Numbered from the stretch's first letter, positions 10,088-20,193 are shown. The stretch: DNA of 32,000 nt from a cyanobacterium endosymbiont of Epithemia turgida isolate EtSB Lake Yunoko (GCF_000829235.1 NZ_AP012549.1:1020001-1052000); one strand, 5' to 3'. The notes: a model not told the origin generated them from the sequence alone. Numbers and translations: made by a program.

Positions 10088-11119
10088 TTATTTATTAGCC
10101 GAACACAGCCATCTTTCTTTGATTAATAATTCCGCAATTTGCACTGCATTGAGGGCAGCCCCTTTCCGGATTTGATCTCCACAGATCCATAATTCTAAGC
10201 TATTAGGGTGAGAAATATCCTGACGAATCCGCCCCACCAACACCTCATCTCGTCCTGAAGCGTCCATAGGCATAGGAAAATAGTTTTTCGTCCAATCTTC
10301 AACTAGTTTAAGCCCTGGGGAATTTGCTACAATCATCCTAGCATCGGTCACAGAAAATTGAGCATAGAATTCCAAGTTAACAGATTCTGAGTGAGCACGT
10401 AGTACGGGAACCCGTATGCAGGTAGCCGTTACTCTTAAATTAGGCTCATTAAAAATCTTACGAGTTTCATTGACCATTTTCATCTCTTCAGTACAATATC
10501 CCTCGTGGTTAAGAGGAGAATTGTGGGGAAATAGATTAAAAGCTAAGGGATAGGGAAAGATTTCTGTTTGGGGGGGGTTACCGTTTAAAATAGCTTGAGA
10601 TTGGACTTTTACTTCTTCCATCGCTCTTGCTCCTGCACCACTTGCTGATTGATAGGTGGAGACAACAATTCTCTTAATAGGTTGAACTCGATGGAGAGGA
10701 TAAACCGCGATTCCCATCAGAATCGTCGTACAGTTGGGGTTAGCAATGATTCCTTTGTGGTACTTAGCCGTTTCAGGATTGATTTCGGGAACAACCAGAG
10801 GAACTTCTGACTCCATCCGAAAAGCGCTGGAATTATCTACCATTACCGCTCCTGATGCTACGATACTTTTTGCCCAGGTTTTGGAAGTTTCTCCTCCCGC
10901 CGATGCTAATACCAAATCAATATCCCTAAAGGAATTTTCTGTTACTGCTTCTACCAAAAGGGTTTCCCCTTTAAAAGTCAAGGAATTTCCCTCAGAGCGT
11001 TCAGAAGCCAAGAGTTTAAGACTAGCAACAGGAAAGTCACGATGTTCTAACAAGTTAAGCAACTCGGTGCCAACGGCCCCTGTGGCTCCCAGAATAGCTA
11101 CTCTAACTGGTTTATACAA
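10088..11119 (-). CDS. asd: Aspartate-semialdehyde dehydrogenase
   Basis: 343 aa. VAILGATGAVG NAD(P) motif and active-site Cys context IANPNCTTI. TTG start at 11117-11119, preceded by AGGAGG (complement of 11129-11134) with a 9-nt spacer. An in-frame stop lies just upstream, so no ATG alternative exists. Confidence 0.93.
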   Translation of the reverse strand: MYKPVRVAILGATGAVGTELLNLLEHRDFPVASLKLLASERSEGNSLTFKGETLLVEAVTENSFRDIDLVLASAGGETSKTWAKSIVASGAVMVDNSSAFRMESEVPLVVPEINPETAKYHKGIIANPNCTTILMGIAVYPLHRVQPIKRIVVSTYQSASGAGARAMEEVKVQSQAILNGNPPQTEIFPYPLAFNLFPHNSPLNHEGYCTEEMKMVNETRKIFNEPNLRVTATCIRVPVLRAHSESVNLEFYAQFSVTDARMIVANSPGLKLVEDWTKNYFPMPMDASGRDEVLVGRIRQDISHPNSLELWICGDQIRKGAALNAVQIAELLIKERWLCSANK

Positions 11120-11574
11120 TGAATATTACCTCCTAGGGAATCGGTTAAAAATCAGAAATTGCCATTGATTAATTGTCTGTTCTGAAGTTAAGAAAATTTT
11201 GACCTATAAGGGTTGGATTATTAATACTTAATCAGAATTTACACAGAGAAAAATATGTTTTAATGTTGTGTTTACAATATTCCTATATTATTGAGACTAT
11301 ACTAGCTCAGTTTAGCGAAAAGGCTTATCTTAATTCGGTCTAAAGGTGTTGTAAATGACCTAGTTTACCCTATCATAATAGAATGATGCGACAATGTACT
11401 CTTATCAAGAGAGGCATATCCCGGCAAACCCTGTCAACCGACAAAAAGCCGAGGGACTAATGATTGATTCTTAATGTTTTTAGGATATCATTGAGCTGCT
11501 TTTCCTTAAAGCATTAAGTTTAATTTAGGCTGGTATTACTGTAGTTTAATGTAATTGTTTGAGATAGAACGTCG

Positions 11575-12969
11575 ATGAAAGTAACTCAGGAAAGACTCCC
11601 TGATAGTCAGATTGGCTTAGAAATTGAAATTCCGGCTGAAACCTTAGGGAAAGCCTACGAGAAAAAGGTCAATACCTTGGCGCATACTGCCAATATCCCT
11701 GGGTTTCGCAAGGGAAAAGTTCCCCGTAAAATCTTGCTTCAACGTCTAGGAACCAAGTACGTTAAGGCCGCGACTCTCGAAGAATTGATTCAGGAAAGCG
11801 TTAAAGAAGCTGTTCAGCAAGAAGAGTTAGAATTGTTGGGCAATTATCGGCTATGCTCTGATTTTGAAGAATTGCTGGAAAAATTTAATCCAGGGCAGTC
11901 TCTAACTTTCTCTGCCGCTGTAGATGTCTCCCCCAGTGTAGAACTGGGGGATTATAAAACCCTGAGTGTGAAAGCTGAAGAAACCCTCTATGATCCCAAA
12001 CAGGTAGAAAACTGGTTAAAAGAACGACGAGAACAACAAGCTACCCTAATCCCTGTCGAAGATCGTTCTGCCCAAATGGGAGATGTGGCCATTGTTGATT
12101 ATGTAGCGCATTTTGTACCGGAAGATGGGCAAGAAGTTTATGGTCAAGCAATTTCAGGAGTACAAGGGACAGATTTTCGCGTGGATCTCGCTGAGGGACG
12201 TTTCATTGAAGGCATGGTAGAAGGAATAGTTGGAATGAAACCAGAAGAAACTAAAGAACTTAAGGTGACGTTTCCTGAAGACTATCCAAGAGAAGATTTG
12301 TCCGGACGACCATCAATTTTTACCATTACTCTCAAAGAACTCAAAGAAAAAGAACTTCTCGAGCTTAATGACGATTTAGCTCGAGAAATTAGCGAATTTA
12401 AGACAATGAACGAATTAAAGGAGTCCTTAGAAAAACAGTTTATAGGAGAAGCCGAAAAAGCAACTAAGAAAAGCATCCATGATGGCATTATTGCTCAGCT
12501 AATGACAGTCTGTACGGTTGACATACCCGAGACTTTGGTTCAAGACGAAGTAACTCAAGTTTTGACTCAAACAGCCATGCAGATGGAACAAATGGGTATG
12601 GAGATTAGCCAATTATTTACTCAGGAAAAACTTCCAAAACTGCGAGAAAACGCTCGTCCAGAAGCAATAGAAAGGTTAAAACAATCCCTAATTCTTAAGG
12701 AATTAGCTCAAGTTGAAGGCATCCAAGTTAAACAAGCTATTTTTGACGAAAAAATTAACAAAATTAAAGAACAACTTTCAGACCGGGACGTAGATCTCAA
12801 TAGATTAAACCAGATGGTCACAGACGAACTCTTAATAGAAGCGACTCTCGACTGGCTACAAGAGCAAGTTACTATAGAACTAGTCCCTGCAGGAACCTTC
12901 AAGAAAAAAGAAGCTGAGCAATCTTCAGCCGGCTCTGATCAGCCATTGACACCTACTGCAGAAGGATAG
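11575..12969 (+). CDS. tig: Trigger factor (ribosome-associated PPIase chaperone)
   Basis: 464 aa. N-terminal ribosome-binding signature GFRKGKVP, a central FKBP-like domain and a C-terminal arm domain. Confidence 0.95.
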   Translation: MKVTQERLPDSQIGLEIEIPAETLGKAYEKKVNTLAHTANIPGFRKGKVPRKILLQRLGTKYVKAATLEELIQESVKEAVQQEELELLGNYRLCSDFEELLEKFNPGQSLTFSAAVDVSPSVELGDYKTLSVKAEETLYDPKQVENWLKERREQQATLIPVEDRSAQMGDVAIVDYVAHFVPEDGQEVYGQAISGVQGTDFRVDLAEGRFIEGMVEGIVGMKPEETKELKVTFPEDYPREDLSGRPSIFTITLKELKEKELLELNDDLAREISEFKTMNELKESLEKQFIGEAEKATKKSIHDGIIAQLMTVCTVDIPETLVQDEVTQVLTQTAMQMEQMGMEISQLFTQEKLPKLRENARPEAIERLKQSLILKELAQVEGIQVKQAIFDEKINKIKEQLSDRDVDLNRLNQMVTDELLIEATLDWLQEQVTIELVPAGTFKKKEAEQSSAGSDQPLTPTAEG

Positions 12970-13135
12970 ACCTCTCTTCAGGTGTGTAAACGGTTAATCT
13001 GATTCACTTTTTTCACACTTGAGGCATAATGTTGAAAGAGAGGATCAGTTCGCTGTTCCAGTTTGGGTGGACTAAAAATAGAAAATGCAAAACTAAAACC
13101 TATTAGGAAATGAGCCATTATTGAAAATCTTTCCC

Positions 13136-13166
13136 TTGACAGTTTAATTAAAGGCTATGAATAAAT
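13136..13166 (+). promoter_or_regulatory. Candidate sigma70-type promoter for clpP-clpX
   Basis: TTGACA at 13136-13141, followed 14-19 nt later by AT-rich -10 candidates (tatgaa / ataaat). This is a sequence-pattern call only. If correct, the ATG at 13157 cannot be the clpP start. Confidence 0.3.
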
Positions 13167-13219
13167 TGCGATTACTAGACTATTCCATCACCAACCAACA
13201 TTTTTTAGAAATCTATTCC

Positions 13220-13843
13220 ATGTCCATGAGTAAAAATATCGTCCCCATGGTCATAGAACAATCTGGACTAGGGGAAAGGGCCTTTGATATTTATTCCAGA
13301 TTGTTACGAGAGCGTATCGTTTTTCTGGGAACTCCTGTTGACGATCAAGTAGCAGACTCAATCGTCGCACAATTACTTTTTCTCGACGCTGAAGACCCAG
13401 AAAAAGATATTCAGCTTTATATTAATTCCCCCGGAGGGTCTGTTTATGCTGGACTAGCTATTTATGATACTATGCAGCAAATTCGTCCCGATATAGTCAC
13501 CATTTGTTTTGGATTGGCTGCTAGCATGGGAGCGTTTCTTCTATGTGGAGGAGCTCCTGGTAAGCGGATGTCCTTACCTAGTTCGCGCATAATGATTCAC
13601 CAACCTTTAGGAGGAGTTCAAGGACAAGCCGTGGAGATTGAAATTCAAGCCAAAGAAATTCTTTATATCAAACGGCGGTTGAATGAAATGCTAGCCTATC
13701 ATACCGGTCAACCCCTCGATACTATTGCAGTCGATACGGAACGGGACTTCTTTATGTCGGCGCAAGAAGCAAAAGAATACGGTTTAATCGATAAAGTGAT
13801 TTCTCGGCAAGATCTGTCTGACCCCACTGTTCCCGTTACCTAA
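13220..13843 (+). CDS. clpP: ATP-dependent Clp protease proteolytic subunit
   Basis: Ser-His-Asp contexts [17 protein letters not shown] and DTERD. The ORF track starts at 13157, but the 21 extra residues ([21 protein letters not shown]) have no ClpP counterpart and overlap the candidate promoter. ATG at 13220 ([14 protein letters not shown]) or 13226 is preferred. Confidence 0.92.
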   Translation: MSMSKNIVPMVIEQSGLGERAFDIYSRLLRERIVFLGTPVDDQVADSIVAQLLFLDAEDPEKDIQLYINSPGGSVYAGLAIYDTMQQIRPDIVTICFGLAASMGAFLLCGGAPGKRMSLPSSRIMIHQPLGGVQGQAVEIEIQAKEILYIKRRLNEMLAYHTGQPLDTIAVDTERDFFMSAQEAKEYGLIDKVISRQDLSDPTVPVT

Positions 13844-13864
13844 GTCAATTAACTCCAAGAGCTT

Positions 13865-15208
13865 ATGTCTAAATACGACTCCCACCTAAAATGTTCATTT
13901 TGCGGTAAATCCCAGGAACAAGTGCGAAAACTGATCGCCGGTCCAGGAGTCTACATCTGCGATGAATGTGTTGAGCTATGCAACGAAATTTTAGATGAGG
14001 AATTGATGGATACTCCGACAGCGGCAGTGTCCGCAGGTTCCTTAAGAGCTGAAGAGTCCCAACCTAAACGTCGTTCAAGTCGCGAACATCTTTCCCTAAA
14101 TCAGATCCCCAAACCTAGAGAAATTAAAAACTACCTAGATGAATACGTTATTGGACAAGATGAGGCTAAAAAGGTTCTTTCCGTAGCAGTTTATAATCAC
14201 TACAAGCGTTTGAGTCTTAACCCGTCTCCAGAGGGAGATGGTCCGGACGATTTTGTTGAACTGCAAAAATCGAATATTTTGTTGATGGGTCCAACAGGTT
14301 CAGGAAAAACTCTTCTCGCGCAAACCCTGGCCCAGATCCTACAAGTACCCTTTGCCGTTGCTGATGCCACCACATTAACTGAGGCTGGTTATGTGGGGGA
14401 AGATGTAGAGAACATTCTACTACGGCTATTACAGGTAGCTGACTTAGATGTCGAGGAAGCCCAGCGAGGTATAATTTATATAGACGAAATTGATAAAATT
14501 GCTCGTAAGAGTGAAAATCCTTCCATTACCCGTGATGTTTCTGGGGAAGGCGTACAACAAGCTTTACTCAAAATGTTGGAAGGAACAGTAGCCAATGTTC
14601 CTCCCCAAGGCGGAAGAAAACACCCTTATCAAGACTGCATTCAGATTGATACCAGCAACATTCTCTTTATCTGTGGTGGGGCATTTGTCGGTTTAGATAA
14701 AGTGATTGAACAACGACGCGGGAAAAAGTCCATAGGCTTTATTCGCCCTGGAGATGGTAGTCAAGCTAAAGACAGACGAGCAGCTGACTTGATGCAACAA
14801 ACCGAACCAGACGATTTAGTTAAATTTGGCATGATTCCTGAATTTGTGGGACGAATTCCAGTAATGGCTGCCTTAGATCCTCTAGATGAAGATACCCTTA
14901 TTGCCATTCTAACTAAACCCCGCAACGCCTTGGTAAAACAATATCAAAAACTATTGAAGATGGACAATGTTCAGTTAGATTTTAATAAAGAAGCAGTGCG
15001 GGCGATTGCGAAAGAAGCCCATCGTCGCAAAACGGGAGCAAGAGCATTGCGGGGAATTGTGGAAGAATTGATGTTAGAAGTGATGTATGAATTGCCTTCT
15101 CGTAAAGATGTTAAGCGGTGTATGATTACTGAGGAAATGGTCGAAAACCGTTCAACAGCTGACCTGTTAGTTCATCCCTTGTCTTTACCAACTCCAGAGT
15201 CTGCTTGA
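13865..15208 (+). CDS. clpX: ATP-dependent Clp protease ATP-binding subunit ClpX
   Basis: N-terminal C4 zinc finger (CSFCGK...CDEC), Walker A GPTGSGKT, Walker [10 protein letters not shown], and the pore-loop GYVG. It starts 21 nt after clpP. Confidence 0.97.
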   Translation: MSKYDSHLKCSFCGKSQEQVRKLIAGPGVYICDECVELCNEILDEELMDTPTAAVSAGSLRAEESQPKRRSSREHLSLNQIPKPREIKNYLDEYVIGQDEAKKVLSVAVYNHYKRLSLNPSPEGDGPDDFVELQKSNILLMGPTGSGKTLLAQTLAQILQVPFAVADATTLTEAGYVGEDVENILLRLLQVADLDVEEAQRGIIYIDEIDKIARKSENPSITRDVSGEGVQQALLKMLEGTVANVPPQGGRKHPYQDCIQIDTSNILFICGGAFVGLDKVIEQRRGKKSIGFIRPGDGSQAKDRRAADLMQQTEPDDLVKFGMIPEFVGRIPVMAALDPLDEDTLIAILTKPRNALVKQYQKLLKMDNVQLDFNKEAVRAIAKEAHRRKTGARALRGIVEELMLEVMYELPSRKDVKRCMITEEMVENRSTADLLVHPLSLPTPESA

Positions 15209-15342
15209 AGTTAGTTAAACGTTCAAAATGGAGCAAATGGCAGCAGGACTAACTTTAAATATTCAATATGTAAAAATGGCGAAAATGTTCTTTTTTGCTA
15301 CATTAGATAATGAGAAAACTTATTTAAAAAATGTTCCGAAAT

Positions 15343-15382
15343 TTTTAGAGGTGTAGTAACTGTTTTAGAGGTATAGTAACTG
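15343..15382 (+). repeat. Tandem 20-bp direct repeat (2 copies, 1 mismatch) immediately upstream of a -10 box
   Basis: ttttagaggtGtagtaactg (15343-15362) and ttttagaggtAtagtaactg (15363-15382), head to tail. Confidence 0.9.
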
Positions 15383-15391
15383 CCCTCTGGG

Positions 15392-15397
15392 TATAAT
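15392..15397 (+). promoter_or_regulatory. Candidate -10 element (TATAAT) for the 5-formyl-THF cyclo-ligase gene
   Basis: Perfect tataat ending 18 nt before the ATG at 15416. This implies a very short leader or a leaderless mRNA. Pattern only. Confidence 0.35.
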
Positions 15398-15415
15398 GTA
15401 ATCCTTGGGACTAAA

Positions 15416-15988
15416 ATGATCTCTTCTGAGAAAAAAAAGTTACGACGTAAACTCTTAAAACAACGTCAATCTTTAGATAAGAAAATATGGCAGGAAAAAA
15501 GCAATAGCCTTTGTGAAAAGATAAAATCTTTATCTTTATTTCAGGAAGCCAAAACAATTCTGGCGTATTTCGCCTTTCGCCAGGAACCTATTCTTAATTC
15601 TCTATTTACAATGGAACACTGTTGGGGGTTTCCTCGTTGTGTCGATCAATCCTTAATTTGGCATCATTGGATTCCTGGAGATGCTATAAGTGCAGGAACT
15701 TATGGGATTTTAGAACCTGACTTAAATGCTCCAATTTTAAACTCTTTTGAGGTTGATTTAATCTTGGTTCCTGCTGTCGCTTGTGATCATCAAGGGTATC
15801 GCTTAGGGTATGGAAGAGGGTTCTATGATCGTTTATTGAATTCTACTCAATGGCAACATATTCCTACCATAGGAATTATTTTTGATTTTGCCTATGTTAG
15901 TCGACTATCAGTTGAGCCTTGGGATTGTAAATTAAAGGCAATTTGCACCGAAACACAATATTTAAATTTATTAGAATCAGATAATTGA
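15416..15988 (+). CDS. 5-formyltetrahydrofolate cyclo-ligase (MTHFS family)
   Basis: 190 aa. LILVPAVACDHQGYRLGYGRGFYDR matches the conserved C-terminal MTHFS signature. The N-terminal K/R-rich helix (KKLRRKLLKQRQ) is typical of the family. Confidence 0.88.
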   Translation: MISSEKKKLRRKLLKQRQSLDKKIWQEKSNSLCEKIKSLSLFQEAKTILAYFAFRQEPILNSLFTMEHCWGFPRCVDQSLIWHHWIPGDAISAGTYGILEPDLNAPILNSFEVDLILVPAVACDHQGYRLGYGRGFYDRLLNSTQWQHIPTIGIIFDFAYVSRLSVEPWDCKLKAICTETQYLNLLESDN

Positions 15989-16656
15989 GTATATCTGCTT
16001 AGAAATAGATAAATTTGTCTACCATAGAAATTTACTGATTTACTGAAAGATTCTCTAAGACTGCCGTTAGCATAAAGTTGTGTGATAATACACGGTCGGT
16101 TAATGTTAGGTTTGATAAAAAAACTTGTAAGAAGAACATTTATTTAGACGAATTATAAAGTATTTTTTTATGACTGAATTAGGGGCTGTGATGATAATGG
16201 ATGGACAGATTTACCTAGAAGAAGATACAATAACTACCAAGTATCTCATCCCGAAGCAGTACTAAACCGATCTCTGTTGATGCACTTCGGGTTGTTAAAA
16301 TAACAAAAGAATTGTATTTGAAGGAGAAAAGTTGATTAACTGGGGAAGTTATTACTTAGGGTTATGGTAGTTGTTTTTACTTATTCTCTTAAGAGTTCCA
16401 TACTGACTGTTTCTACTTTGACTTTTGATGCTGTAACAATAGCTGAATTAGAAGTTAAAGAAATCTAATCTATATCAAGAGTACTCAATTATCTCGATTG
16501 TCCAATAATATTGCAATTTAGTTGTTTTAATTGAGAAAAAATATGATTTAATTTATAACTTGTTTTCCTGATAATAGAGCAGATTAATGGTGATATAAAT
16601 TAGGTAATTTTGTGGAATAAAATCAATAATTTTTAGCAGCGTTAGCCTAGAGATTA

Positions 16657-16902
16657 TTGCAAGAATGGTGCAATGATAAAGATGTGTTAGGAATTGACTT
16701 GCGACCCCAACCTCGTTTTGTTCCTTGTTCTCCTCAAGTAATTGAAGAACTTAATAAAAAAGTTAAGCAACAGATTCAAAAAGTTATAGGTATTTTAGAT
16801 GGATATAATCTTCAAGAAGAAGTAGTCATAATTGTTATTACTAAAAGGAAAATTAAACTAATTAATTTTAAGCCTAAGCTTTTCATTCCAAATTTTTTTT
16901 GA
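16657..16902 (+). CDS. Hypothetical 81-aa ORF (TTG start); possibly another relic
   Basis: Only the 5' half (DVLGIDLRPQPRFVPCSPQVIEELNKK) has gene-like composition, and the 3' half is AT-rich K/I/N filler. No SD, no recognisable family. Confidence 0.2.
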   Translation: MQEWCNDKDVLGIDLRPQPRFVPCSPQVIEELNKKVKQQIQKVIGILDGYNLQEEVVIIVITKRKIKLINFKPKLFIPNFF

Positions 16903-17598
16903 AGATGTATCTAGTGGTTTGTATGAGTTAATTAAAAATTCAGATAAATTAATGATTAAACAACTTAATAAATGTTAATTGTGAAGGGACGCGTATGCTT
17001 GTATTTAGCTTTGTTTAATTTTAGGGTATGTCTCCACCAGTTACATAGTGATGACAGAAAAAAATACACCAAGGGAATGAAGGAATGGATAGTAAGTAAG
17101 TCAACTTATAATAAATGTAAAATAGAAAAGTAGTTTTTTGTAAAATTATTATATGCTAGCCTGTCTAAGAATTTATATAACAAAATTAAAAGAGTAAAAA
17201 CTATAAAAGTTAACTAGCCACTTAAAAAGTATCTATAGAAGAAGAGGAAAGAAAAAAAAATTATGTTGAAATCCAAGAGAATAGTAATTTTAAAAATACA
17301 GATTAGGTAAATACATCACAAAATATAGTTAAAAAAATAACTTAAGAAATTACATCTATTGTTTCTGTAGATTTCTAGTCTATATAAATAATATATGGGT
17401 GGCATAAAATAAAAACTTATGAAATTACTATAAAGATATTTACCAACAAATACAATTCAGTTAAAGTAGTCAAATAAAATATTATTGCAGAAAAATTACT
17501 CTAAAAAATATTGATTTTTTAAATCAATATTCAAATCTAATTACTTAAATGTTAAATCTGTAAAGTAATTTGTTTTTCTTCCATTTATTTAAAGCTAT

Positions 17599-18256
17599 CT
17601 ACTCACTTGTTTCTGGAGTCCTAGTCCATGCTCTGTAATTCACCGTTAGACCCTTGGTCCACTTTAGTCTGTCGGGTTTATCTATGCAAGCTTCACTATC
17701 TCCTAGGTGGATTGCATAGGTCACCGTACTATTGAGGTTATTCAGAGCGATTTGAGAAACATGTTTGCCATCGTTCTCAGAATCAGCATTCCGCGAAAAC
17801 TGACTAGTATCCGGCTCAAATCTTTCGCCATCTAGGTTAGAGTATATATTATCACTAACTTCCCACTCTTCGGCAATGAACCATACGTCATTTTCAAAGC
17901 TGATTTCCTCGTCGGACTTATTTTCATGCTTGGAGTAAGTTCAACAAAGGAATTGAAGAACCAATTAATTTTCTAAGGTAAGCTGCTACTCTTCGCAGAA
18001 CTCGACTAGTACCCATCGGCGAAAGTTTGATTTTTCTACTTAGCTATTAAGTCAGTTGGGTCGGAGTTTTGCTGCCTATAATTTTACCAAACACATCGTA
18101 GACTATGCGGAACAAATGTCCAGCATCTTCAATCATTTTGCGAGCAGCACTGTTGTTCATAGTAGTCAGTGTCTTAAAATTACTATACGGAAAGTCGACA
18201 TCACAGCTACCACAGTCCTACAGGTGAATATACTGGTCCAAAAAATTGCCTACTTG
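17599..18256 (-). pseudogene. Decayed gene relic of unknown family
   Basis: A patch of clearly higher G+C inside a 3.2-kb AT-rich desert. One minus-strand frame reads QVGNFLDQYIHL*DCGSCDVDFPYSNFKTLTTMNNSAARKMIEDAGHLFRIVYDVFGKIIGSKTPTQLT**LSRKIKLSPMGTSRVLRRVAAYLRKLIGSSIPLLNLLQA*. After a frame change there are 113 stop-free codons with no usable start (17940 down to 17602): TYSKHENKSDEEISFENDVWFIAEEWEVSDNIYSNLDGERFEPDTSQFSRNADSENDGKHVSQIALNNLNSTVTYAIHLGDSEACIDKPDRLKWTKGLTVNYRAWTRTPETSE*. Confidence 0.6.
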
Positions 18257-19209
18257 TTATTCGTTACACCTCTTTCAAAAAAGTATGTTGCGTTATAAAG
18301 TCAGATTATTAACAAAATTTTTTCCTTTAGTATAAAGTGGAAAAATACTTCATATTTTCCACTGAAAAAGTTAGTGAAGATTATTAGTCAGTAGTCATTG
18401 ACTCTGGGTTAAAGTTAATAAATTTTACTTTATTTTTTACCATCTTATTACTTTTAGTGTGGTATAAATTTTATCAGATACATTGTTTATATGAAAAAAG
18501 TAGTCGATGGACAGCAATTATTGGTCCTTTTTATAGTGGTTTAGCTATTTTTTGTACAGGTTACATTTATCATAAATTTTTTTATTTTTGCTGTGTAGAG
18601 GAAATTCTTCCCCTTTTTATGGATGGTGTCTTCAGTCTTTGATAAACCTCCCTAATAGTTGCGGTTCCTATCTAAATCCCGATATCCTAGCAAACTACAG
18701 AGCTTGATTAATTGAAGGTGTAGCTTTTTGATAGGCTTCACAATTTCTTTCTTAAATATTCAACTACTAGATAGGGTAGTAAGTGGTTGATTTACTACGA
18801 AAAGATTATGATACTATTGTAAATAGTAATCTATTTAGCTATGAATATTTAGTTATAAGACATGATAAGCACACCTGAACTTATCCGACTTGCTTTTTGA
18901 GTAATAATATCAGTCTAATTATATTAGACTTGTTCAATAATATTAAGTTCAGGAATTAGACTAAAAAAAAGATTAATTTCAAGATATTAACTTTTAAGAA
19001 TAAACTTGAATTTTTAGAGACTCCTTAATGATGTATATCTTTAAGAAGATAACTGTAGGCTGTTGTAGTGTATGTTTATACATCATAAAATCAATTTTGG
19101 TCTGTTGTAGGAGAAAAAAATAAGAGACATTGGCAAAAAAATTGTGGTTTATATAACGTCTTATACTCAATACTTGGTTTATGAATAGTCTCTCAAAAAA
19201 ATCTATTAC

Positions 19210-20193
19210 TTATATGGAAAAAATACGACATAATTCAATCGTTTTAGTTTTTAAGCTGGCTAAAGCATCACTACCCCGTTTTAAAGCAAAATCCAATTCT
19301 AATAGAATAGGCAAGGTTGCTAAGAGTTGCTGACTAGAAAAAGATTGTAATTCTCTTCGCAAAAAGTAAAGACGTTTGTAGTTAACAATATCAGCAACTT
19401 TGGCAATCACTTTGTCATCTTTTTGACCAGATTCAATTTGAAGTTTAACCATTGCCCAAGTGCGGAATTGTCCCACTAAAGTTGCTACAAGTTTTAAAGC
19501 GGGTTCATTATGGGAAATCAAATCAGTAATTAATTTTAAAGATTGTTCTTTATTCCCCTGACGAATAGCTTGAGCAAGTTGTAAACTGCTTTGGTTACTA
19601 GCATTGACTAAGGTAGTAATAATATCTGTCCCTAAGGGCGTGGTTCTATCGAGACTATAGAGGCGTAGCTTTTCTAGTTCATAATTTAATTTTCGCGTGT
19701 TATTCCCGATAGACTCTACTAATAACTCTGTTGCTTTAGGCGTTAGTTGAACGCTAATTTCCTGACAAATGTGCTTAACTTGATTAATTAATTCATCAGT
19801 TTTCCAAGGAGAAATAAGAGAAAATTCTTTAACTTCGGCATATTTTTCTAAAAGTTTGGTAGATTTTAGTCGTAAATTAGGTTTGTTGTTTAATGTTAAC
19901 AATAGATGAGAATTTTCGGGAATAGCAGGTAAAGTTTGTTGCAGTTGGGAAAATATCTCTTCGGAACACTCATGACAGATGGTAGGGTTTATAACCCAGA
20001 CAAGTCTTTCTCCTCTGCCAAAAACTGAAGTCATTGCTTGATTTAAGGCTTTTTCTATGGCATTAGCCTGATCTCCATAGATTTTATCGTAATTAAATTG
20101 AATCCAGTTAGGATCGAGGAGAGTTTCTAGTTTTTTCTTAACAGTTTGGGTGATTGCAAAGTCATCTTCACCCCACAATAAATAAATTGGCAT
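19210..20193 (-). CDS. holA: DNA polymerase III subunit delta
   Basis: 327 aa. The N-terminus PIYLLWGEDDF and the overall helical clamp-loader delta layout are typical of HolA. ATG at 20191-20193. Confidence 0.85.
   Translation of the reverse strand: MPIYLLWGEDDFAITQTVKKKLETLLDPNWIQFNYDKIYGDQANAIEKALNQAMTSVFGRGERLVWVINPTICHECSEEIFSQLQQTLPAIPENSHLLLTLNNKPNLRLKSTKLLEKYAEVKEFSLISPWKTDELINQVKHICQEISVQLTPKATELLVESIGNNTRKLNYELEKLRLYSLDRTTPLGTDIITTLVNASNQSSLQLAQAIRQGNKEQSLKLITDLISHNEPALKLVATLVGQFRTWAMVKLQIESGQKDDKVIAKVADIVNYKRLYFLRRELQSFSSQQLLATLPILLELDFALKRGSDALASLKTKTIELCRIFSI

Noticed and set aside
10734-11168. 144-aa plus-strand ORF across the asd 5' half
   Set aside because: It is antisense to the asd Rossmann domain, and its translation has no recognisable features.
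12282-12902. Two minus-strand ORFs (68 and 64 aa) inside tig
   Set aside because: They are Ser/Leu-rich mirror frames of the Glu/Lys-rich trigger factor C-terminal domain.
13157-13219. ATG at 13157 as the clpP start
   Set aside because: It adds 21 residues with no ClpP homology and overlaps a TTGACA-containing candidate promoter. The internal ATGs at 13220 and 13226 give a canonical N-terminus.
15228-15356. 42-codon ORF (MEQMAAGLTLNIQYVKMAKMFFFATLDNEKTYLKNVPKFLEV) between clpX and the MTHFS gene
   Set aside because: It is below any reasonable length threshold and has no SD. It runs into the 20-bp tandem repeat, and the region is more plausibly promoter or terminator space.
18336-18363. Inverted pair of DnaA-box-like nonamers (agtggaaaa ... 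ttttccact), raising the possibility of oriC near holA
   Set aside because: There are only two boxes. Each is one mismatch from the cyanobacterial TTTTCCACA consensus, and they form one 9-bp hairpin. There is no box cluster and no dnaA or dnaN nearby. It is better explained as another desert hairpin.
18056-18642. Plus-strand ORFs of 80 aa (18056-18298) and 61 aa (18457-18642)
   Set aside because: The first is simply the antisense of the minus-strand gene relic. The second starts at GTG in AT-rich DNA and has an aromatic/Cys-rich nonsense-like translation.
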